A stretch of DNA of 61,765 bases, filler included, from Platydemus manokwari (Eukaryota), in assembly GCA_037951405.1 (NCBI GenBank). It is 4 parts of 4 records of this genome, joined end to end, with 100 filler letters (N's around TTAATTAATTAA, not from the genome) between each part and the next. Parts side by side here need not be neighbours in the genome. Positions count along the whole stretch, not along the records: positions 48,614 to 61,765 come from JBBMOY011821389.1; 3 more parts are not named here. The stretch is one strand, 5' to 3'. Position numbers and translations under genes: made by a program. Below are positions 52,301-61,765 of this stretch, one piece after another. Numbering within the stretch: position 1 is the first letter of the stretch; every line of letters starts with the position of its first letter. The notes below the pieces were generated by a model. The model ran no database searches and was not told the DNA's origin. It was given only the letters and a program-made list of their open reading frames with translations.

Positions 52301-55300
52301 TGTGGGTTTATATAATTGACCATTTCACTCACATTTATTTTACGACTCAAAAATCAAATAAATATTAAAGAATTATTCACGATTAATCCCAAATTTCGGT
52401 GCCAGTTTAGTAATAAATAATAAAATTTTATATGAAAAATCATAATTTATTATCAAATCTGATTAAATTTTAATCTTTATTTTATTTTCATCTTATAATA
52501 GATGTTATATCAATTTTCACAATCACTATAAGTAAAATTAAATGCAGTTTTTTGAACGAACATTCTTTCAATTACTATGTCGATTTTGCATGTTTCTAAG
52601 AAATTTGACATTGAAAATGAAATGTAATGCCGATTAGTGTTGTCAAAACACGGACAAATCCAAACCGTATCAGTCGTTGCATTTATTAATTGGCATTGTT
52701 AAAAAAATCTGTTAAAATTCACCAACTGTTATATATATGTAATACATAATATATATATTCAATAATAACTATAAATTTGCACCAAAACTTTAAAATCAAC
52801 AAACTGTTGTTGCCTACGCATTTTTAAAGTGGTGATCATATTTCGATATTGTATTAAGTTGTAATTTATTAGTTCTGACAGCTATCAATCAGTTGAATCC
52901 CAGTACCCCGACCCCAGAACTTGTTGTCCAACGAGAACGAAACGGTACGCCTAAAACTCAATCACCAGTATATAAAGAAAAAACACTGGAACATTTGAAT
53001 AAAAATGTTGTTATCAACAAGTTGAATAATGCTCCCAAAATGGCTTTGTTTGAATCGAAGCCATTGGTCGACATAACTGAACTTGAACCAGAACCCGCTC
53101 AACAAGAAGATATTTCTTTCGGTAATTTTTAAATTTTTTTATTACATTCTGTCTATATTGATTATCTAAAGTTATGATTGTATTAAATTTTGGAATTTTT
53201 ATGTATGTGTTCTGAGTGCTGTTTAATGTTAGATTATAAATTATAACACTTATGGCGTCACATCATGTATATTATTCCTCTTCCTAACCGTCAATTACTC
53301 TTAACCGCCACATTTTTGAATTAGAAAAAACAAAAGTCCAGTTGATTGTTCCTCTATTATTTTTCTTATACAAAACCTCTTAACCGATCCATTTTTTAAA
53401 TTCCTCAAAAGTAGCGGTTAGGAGAAATGCTATATTCTTTTAATGGAAATATAAATATATAAACTGATTAATTATGAAATTTCGAAAATTGCTTTGTACA
53501 CGACAAATCATTTCATGATCATGAGTGAGAAAAGATTTTCAAATCAATTATATCCCATACAGATGATCTCAAACGGCGATTTATGAAATATTCGCTATCA
53601 TTTGATTATAATGTTGATCGAATCAATGTCCCACAAACGATTGCGCAAATCAATTCTTCTGTGACACCCGTTCTTGAAAGCTTGTATGAGACAGCAGAGA
53701 ATTGCAGATCATTAATCGTTAAAAGCAAAGGCAAACGTGAAAACAAGAAAACATCGAAACGAAGTCAAAAACGAATGGATACAATTGATGATAGTGAGTT
53801 ATCTGGTGGTTCTGGTATTAATAATGATATTTCATTTGTACTTGTTTTATTAACTTGTTTATTATTAGACGAGGAAAATCTTCAGGATTTATACGATAAG
53901 ATGGAACAGGTGGTCATAGCCATTCTAAATGATGATAATTTCGACGATCTCGGTACAGCCGGGAAAACAGCTGCAGTTATTTGTGAAATCTGCTATCCGT
54001 TTTTTGATCGCAAACTTTTTCCCGAGGATCCCGATGAAGAGTAATTCTTCATAGAGTCTTACAAAAGCTTTTCGTTTAACATTAATTTTTCCAGAAAACT
54101 CAAAGCATCATTGTCCTCACCGGTTTTTGTTTTATTTCGTAACATCTGTTCAATGAGCACACAAGATAATAAACGAGAACTCCTTTTGCTTTTGCTTTCT
54201 GAAATGCAGATGCGCCAACCGAGAGTGGGGTATTATCTTCTATATTACCTCAAAGTGGCGTAAGTGATGTTTAGATTGATTTTATATATGTTTGGCACTA
54301 TTAAATTGATTTTCATTTAATCAATTCACTTTATCAATTGAATTAGCATATGTTATTTTTGTATTTCGAATTCTATTTCGAATTATTCTTAATATGAATA
54401 TCATTTTAGCACATCATAAAACTAATATTTAATAAACTCCAAATTCAGACTAAAGTACATCATTGGTCAATCATTTGTTAGAAATTGTTACCATTACCCA
54501 TTTTGTTATTATTCTAATCATTATTTGGCTCGATTATACTATTAATATTGATAAAATTGGAGAGTTATAATTGCGATGATTATTGGAAGAACATGTGTGA
54601 ACTTATTTTGTCATTAACATTCTCTCTCTCTGTTTTCCATTGAATGATGTTGACATTATTCGTATTAATATTACGCACTGAATCCACTCTCATAAATCCA
54701 TTAAATATTTTTAAGCATTCTCATTTCTTCACAAATTCTATGTCGTGTGATGTTTATTATTAATAATTATATCATCTGGATTTGAAATAAAAAAACCATC
54801 GTATATATTCAATAACAATGATTCTATTTCAGAAATGTTGCTGATCCGGATTTGTCAACATATCGAAGTCTCTGCAACAGCTTGGAGAAACCAAATTTAA
54901 AAAATTCTCTTTACAAAGATCTTGAAGTAGGTATTTCCATTAGATGATATTTTATTATGATATAATCATGATAATTTATAATTTTATTTGAAACGGGATT
55001 ATAATTTAATATTTATTGATTAATTTAATGTCACACCGTTTATATTTATTTTATATTAACAACTTTATATTTATAATTTAATTATAATCTTTCGTTAAAA
55101 ATTGAATTATATTATTTTGTGTGTATATTTAGTAAATTGTTAAAAATTTTATCGATTGTTTATTATTGTATTTTATTATCATTTATATTTGGAGAAAAAA
55201 CTACTTTTTTCTTTTAAAAACTTATTATTCGGATAAACATATTCCTCTATTAAGTACATCTTTCATATTGAATTTAAAAATTATATTTTTTCATCAACGT

Positions 55301-58300
55301 TCATAGCATATATTTATTCATGCACCATTGATCATTAGTTTCTTTTCATCTCTCCGACACGAATCCCCCATTTCGGTAGTTAATTTATTCAATTTTGAGT
55401 ACTGATGTGTGTCTAGTAATGTTATTTTACGATATATGATGGATAACAGTATAATAGAAAAATAAAACAGCAAGGAAAAAACTAATACAAATAATAACTA
55501 TCTCGTTAAACTGAAATTAAAACCAAACACCAGTGTTATTAATTTATTCATTAAAGCACTTCATTAAACCAATATTTTCATTGCTCCAATTTCGTACACA
55601 TTTTGTAAATCAATTAAGCATGAAAATCGTTGACCACAACAAAAACAATGGGAATGAACAGGGTTGAATGAAATGTTTTGATGAAATGTTTTGTTGAGAA
55701 CAAGGTAATTGCACAAATTCCCATTCAGTTATGATAAGAACCCTGATTACGAACATTTTAAAAATCAATAATCTAACTATTTATCCATATTTGTTCATAC
55801 ATTTACGTTATTTATATAATTCGGATATTTATTAAAATAATTCATGATAGTTGTCTAATCGTTTAATGTTACGCCTTTTCTGATGATTTTCTAATATTTC
55901 ATGATATTTTAAAACCTTTTTTTACAGCTTCTTAGCAATGACGATTCAAAATTGATGGTGTACTTACTTCCTGGTCTTTATGCTGCGGTTAGATTTAGAT
56001 TTGATTTATTCTATTGTCACGTCCGATTCCATTTAGTTTTCCACCGAGATGGTAGGCAGCCCCAAATTTGCACATTTGATTATTTCATCTCTTGATGCAG
56101 CAGAAATAAACGAACTAGGCCTTGAAATTCAAAAGAAAAACTTGATTATGTTCGATACAAACTCGGTTGTTGAAATCTTAAGTAAATCGATAATATAGTC
56201 AATATTAGTGATTGAATTTTTATTATTCCAGAGGATAGTCTCGATTGGGGGACAATTGAGCAATATTTTCTCTGGGAATTATTGTTAGCTCATAATATTA
56301 CATCAAAATTTTTCTACGGCCTCATTCCGTATTTGGATTACAAAAGTATTATTAACATTGTCAATCACGAAACATCTCTGACTTTCTCTTTCATCTCTTT
56401 CATTTTAGAACATCCGGAAGCAATTTTCAGATTTTCAAATTTTCTTCGGCAGGAAAAGTAATCAATATAAACATTTATACATATTTTGAGAGAAATAAAA
56501 CAATAACAACTATTTCATCTATTTTCCAGACCAAATCATGAGCTAATCAAACTTCTGTTAAATCGGGAAGTAGAACGGGGCGATCAATTCACTTCAACTC
56601 TGTTGCATTTCTGGAGTTCTGAAACTAATTCCACAACATCAAAATTTGTCAGTATCCTCCACACGATTCTTTCGGCTTCTTTGGGAAATAATATGAAGGA
56701 TAAAAAGAAAAATAGGTAATATTTTAATTAATTGATTTTATCTATCTATATATGTAATGAAAATGCTCAAAAATGTGCTATTTAATATTGATTTATAGAT
56801 TATCATATTATATTCTATATATAGATTGGCACTTTATAACAATTATTGATTATTATTCAAGAATTTTATATTCACTCTTTAATAATTTTATTTATTCATT
56901 TCTGATTTTCCCTGATATATAAAATTTTCAAGGAATCAAATATGGCAAATCATATATGGAATTTTTGCTCTCTCCAACCCATTAAATAGAGTTATTGCGT
57001 AGTTATTGTATTTATATTATTATTTCATATGAAAATAAATCGTTTATTGATTTGAGACATTTAATTTAAATCAATTTATTTGTCAAATGAAATGGGAGAG
57101 TTTATTGATTTATAGATTTTCCTATAAAAATAACGCAAATTATGGAAAGACATCTGAATCTATGATTAAATATTGGAAGCACTTCATTAATAAATATATT
57201 ATTAATATTAAGCATCCATTCGACATGTGATATTATTAGATTTTTAAACATATTCTCTTGTATTTTCAGTTGTTATAGAAATAGAAGTAATAAATTCACA
57301 AAACCTATTGCATTTGTTTCCTGCCTTCTAACCAATATGCTGTTTCATATTCTCATTATAAACAATGATATCCATTATTATTATTATTATCTTATTGATT
57401 GTATGGTAACATTATAAGAATAATAATCGTTCTCTCATTCTTCATCTGTATGTAAAATGGCGTCAGTTCTATGTAGAAATTCTAAATGGGATATCATTTA
57501 TATGTATGTTTCCATTATTAGAATGATAGATATAATTTTTCTGCCACAATCAAATGTTCTCCTGTTTGAACTTTTAATGTGTACAATTCATTATGAATAA
57601 GTGATATTTAAGTTGATTAATTAATTTAATTAGAGCTTAACTTTGAGAAGAATAAATATGGATATTTATCAGGAAAATGTGGATATTTTCATCACAAGAA
57701 TTATTTATAGTTTTTTTTATGAATTATTGTAATAAGATTAAAAATAATAAGAAAAAAATCGTTGATGTTGTTTTCTGTGTGCGTTAGAAATTGTAAAACA
57801 GTGGTAATTATCGAATTTAATCTTATCTAACACCATCAGGCATTCACAATTTACCGACGAAGGCGGGATTGATCTGATAAAAATTTTAAGCCATTTGGAT
57901 TTTATGAGATTGAATTGTAAAAATATATCATGTGAGTTTTTGTTTTTTGTCGATGATGTTTTGAATCGAACCAATTTCTCCCAGTTCTGCAAGAAGAATC
58001 CATTCAGTCAGACTTACAACAAGTCGTGAATTCAAAGTCTATGCTCGATGAAATAAAATCCAGGTTTTCAGAACTGTTGGCATTTGTCGAAGAAGAGGAT
58101 GATTATTCTGATGAAGAAAATGTTAATGAAAAAAATACTTCCAGTGGTCGTGTACTTCGAAATCTCGATTCTCGTCGTTATCCATCTGATAAAAAGACAT
58201 TTGAAGAATCAAATTATCATAAAAGTGCTACGAAACGTCACTTGTTCAATGGTCCCGATTCGTCATCATCAGAAGACGATTCCGATACAGATGTCAATAC

Positions 58301-58355
58301 TCGAAAAACACATTATCCGTGTCGCTCAAAAAGACGCCTAATGATAGCAGATTGA
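49331..58355 (+). CDS. INTS3: Integrator complex subunit 3 / SOSS-A (5' exons lost in the gap)
   Basis: Exons 49331-49479, 49539-49688, 49753-49840, 51183-51262, 51315-51555, 52882-53121, 53563-54040, 54095-54259, 54833-54926, 55928-55987, 56037-56181, 56232-56345, 56409-56457, 56530-56715, 57840-57931, 57985-58355. Motifs KRYQDLF, KLALIYDWLFY...IMDIEPAIL, QPRVGYYLLYYLKV, SLDWGTIEQYFLWELLLAH, ILSHLDFMRL, KSRFSELLAFVEEED. AATAAA at 58432. Confidence 0.93.
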
Positions 58356-59527
58356 ATGTGTTTGATATGTAGTTCGTATAGAATTTGTTATGTAATATAA
58401 TGTTGTATTTCTTCGAAGTGTTTTCTATGTCAATAAATTATTACATTTTTATATTGTCGTTGTTATCATTGACATATACAATTTTAATATCGACATTTAT
58501 CTTATCGCACAGTCTTTGAATACAATTTTTTTTTGAGTTATAATTTGCACCGTAACGTTTTTCCTTACTCAGCTTATTTTTTGTAGCATTTCCTAACAAT
58601 TTGTTAATTGCGATTTTTTATCAATTTTCTCTCGAAAGCTTTGTTGTAAGATTTTAGTAACATAAAAGTTATTGTTTAAAAGTGTGACTAAATTGAGAAT
58701 TTGTACATTCTTTTGAAAAAACTTCAAGAGGAAATGTTGAGTTTTCGAGTTATATGTAAGTATACTTTGTTCATAAATTATAAATAGAGAATAAATCTGT
58801 TCCAATCATAAACCAATGTTCACAATTATTTACCACGTTTTTCTGTTGTTACATTTATTGTTTTTATCGGGTAGGACAGATCGAAAATTTTATTTGCCTT
58901 TAGAGTTTTTAAATTAAATTCCTTGCTTATAAAATAGAAATAATATGGGTTGGAAGGATTGGTGAGGAAATTTGTAGACGCAATATTTTATTAAATTATT
59001 AGACTGATTAAATTTATTTATTAATTAAAATTTTTAATTAATTATTGGAAAATATAGTGCTGATTCTCCCTTTCTTATTAATATATGATTATATTAACAT
59101 TTGATATTTTATACTTTCGAATTTTAATTCACATAAGCATCAAAGATTTCATTTGTATATAATATTAAATATTTGTATATACATGTGTGTGTGTTATTTT
59201 TGTGGACTATAATATTCTCATTATTATGATCTTTATATTGTATTGTTCTGTTGGCCTTCAATATCTACCGCTTAGGTCGGTCTCTTGAGTTCAAGTAACC
59301 CTCAAGCAGTAATTAAACATTCATCTAATGCTTATCCACCTCGACATTTAGCAACTTGTATGGAGGCAAGAGAAATGGCATAATAAGTGATTTTATTATG
59401 AATTTTAGTTTTATTATGATTCGATTTCTCTTAGTGTTTTGTCTCACAAGAGTTTTGTATCTTTCTCGAATCAACTTGATTGTTACTTTTATCAGTCCCC
59501 TTTTAGGAAGTTATTACAACTTGGCAA

Positions 59528-60519
59528 CAATGTTCCTTGTAAGCTGATTGCGTGTGCGTGCAAATATAAGGAAAGCAAGAGTTTACAGTTGTAAATGTCT
59601 GCGCACAAAAGTTTCTTACTGAGAACAAAGTATTGGTTCAATGTCAAAAACTTTATCTAAATATCGGTTTTGAGAACGGAATTTCAATTTTTTTAGCAAC
59701 GAAAAAATTATTCAAGTATGGTTTATGATTGTTGAAAACAAGGCTACTTAAATCCCCGATAATCGTGCATAGTGTGGTAAACTTCCCTTTCGTGGTTCAG
59801 TGTGTTTGCTCTGTATTGTAGACTAAAAAACTTGCACATGGCACCAAGCCTGTTTACTCAATATTGTGTATTTGCAGAAAGGTTAAATAATGACTTTCGA
59901 CTTGCAAGACTAGTTTTAATAAATTAGTGTAATATTAAAACCTGGCTTTTGTGTTTATATGAAAAAAAAATTCACTGGACAAAGAAAATTGAAATCAAAA
60001 TATGTGAACAGTTTTCTAGAACTTGTGCAACTTGCTTATAAAAGTCAAAAATATTGTGATTTGGTAAAGTTGTTGGACATTGCTGGAACATTTATGACAT
60101 CAAGTGCAGAATGTGAAAGGGGATTTAGTTTAATTAATTTCATTAAAACCATGCAAAGAAATAGAATGGGTAATTGTAAGAATTAAGAGCTATATTCAAA
60201 ATTATGGTGTCGTTGATTTAGATTGAGTGTGCAAAGCATGGGTAAAAGAGAGAAGAATTAGAATGTTTATATACAAGTGACATAAACAAAAAGTAGAATG
60301 TACAATTTATTTGTTTTAAGTTATTGTTTTATTGTAGCTTTATTTTATCCCTACTATTAGTCTTTTAAAAAAATAAAGAATCTATAAAATGAATAAATTG
60401 TTTTCTTGTCTTATGTTCATTCTTGTGCGCATAGTCCACATAATTAATTTCAGTTTTTCATATTTTGCACAACACCAAATATTGCGCCCAGAGACTTGCA
60501 AAAATTAGAGAGAACATTA
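59528..60519 (+). mobile_element. Non-autonomous hAT element (~990 bp) retaining the C-terminal dimerisation domain
   Basis: Imperfect TIRs caatgttccttgtaa / ttagagagaacatta; 8-bp flanks cttggcaa / cttgataa (6/8 identical, decayed TSD); ORF 59959-60186 LVKLLDIAGTFMTSSAECERGFSLINFIKTMQRNRM. Confidence 0.85.
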
Positions 60520-61765
60520 CTTGATAATAGATTATTTCTTTAATGAAATGATTATGATCTATATACGATCAATAACCAATGTAGGCTCAGTTACAATATG
60601 TTTATTGATATCACAAATGAAATAAAATTCCTCCAAAATTACAAATAACAGCCACTTTTATGCTACTTTACAAGATAAAACTATAATTATTCACGAAATA
60701 CAACATCTTGGAAATTTAATGATTAATAAGCCCCTATTGGGCAAAATGTTTACCAGATATTTGATACCAAGATCACTGGCAGGAACATGCGGCTTCTAGT
60801 AGCGATACGCTTACTAATTTCGGTTCAAACTTTTTGGACATGATTTTGTTAAGTTTTCTATGCGTTATCATATTTTACTCTAGATTTATTAATTTAAAAG
60901 AGCTCAACTAATATGTTAAAATCAGTGAGTTTTCACGATTTAAAATAAGTTTATGGAATATGATTGGTAATTATTTTAAAATTCTGACCTCAATATGTGA
61001 AGCTACTATTCGGAAATTCAGCAACTTAAAATATAAATAAAATTAGAAAAAATTATAAATATTACAACAAAATATAATCCGTAAACCAAAAGAGAGTACA
61101 ATAAAATACAATAACAAAAATTATCAAATATGATATAACAAATAAACAGTTTGAATATTTATTGTAAGGGTCATTGTTTGAAAGTAACTGTTAAGGACAT
61201 CTCTCATACTTTTACCGTAAGATCTCTACTCCCATTTTAATGATTTAATAAGGGTGGTGCCTATAAGTTCCAGCAAACGCTCTTCTTTAATTTGATTTTA
61301 CGCTATTATTCATAAATTATTTATTTATTGGACTGAGTCCAAGGAAAGAATTTATTAAAAATATTTTTAATTCGAAAGAATCCATTTCAAAGGCAAGATT
61401 TCAATAAAATTATAAATTATAAAATAAAATTCGTTACTTTGAACTTTGCGAAAAATTGCGCTCTATATATTTAATAAATAGATTTTTCGGATGAAACTAT
61501 TTTATGAAATACATTAATTGCTTTAAAATTGAATTTACTTTCGTTAGTTTTTTAGACACTAAATATTTAAAGACGAGTTAAATTGTATTGATTGTCTATT
61601 TATATTGTGTTGGGAAAGCATAGATAGGTAAGTGCTCTACTTGAAATTTGGAAAAAAAATTAAATTATTATTGTTATAAGTAGTATTGGGATCTTATCGG
61701 TTATATGGGCGCAAATTTAAGTATGACTATTAATTATATAATATATCAATAACTTAATATCAATT

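Overview
AT-rich eukaryotic (metazoan) genomic DNA with many ~40-50 nt GT-AG introns. It is made of four contigs joined by artificial 100-nt spacers (N44-TTAATTAATTAA-N44), so gene order across spacers is not evidence of linkage. Because genes are spliced, the ORF track fragments them; I rebuilt the models by hand from splice sites and intron phase. Contig 1 has: a protein with three tandem CxxC...HxxxxC (PARP-zinc-finger-like) modules; two paralogous, highly divergent adhesion-GPCR-like 7TM genes whose GPS motifs lack the H-L-|-T/S cleavage triad; an antisense SLC7A6OS/IWR1-like gene filling one intron of the first receptor; and a WD40-like gene. Contig 2 has an intronless RING-HC gene and the 5' part of PRPS. 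Contig 3 has the 3' exon of a class A neuropeptide GPCR, an RCC1-repeat gene and transposon relics. Contig 4 has most of INTS3 and a non-autonomous hAT element with TIRs and a TSD. A dispersed ~350-bp repeat occurs at least five times. No prokaryotic features, CRISPR arrays, rRNA or convincing tRNA were seen. The organism cannot be identified from the sequence alone. All family assignments come from motif recognition, not database searches.
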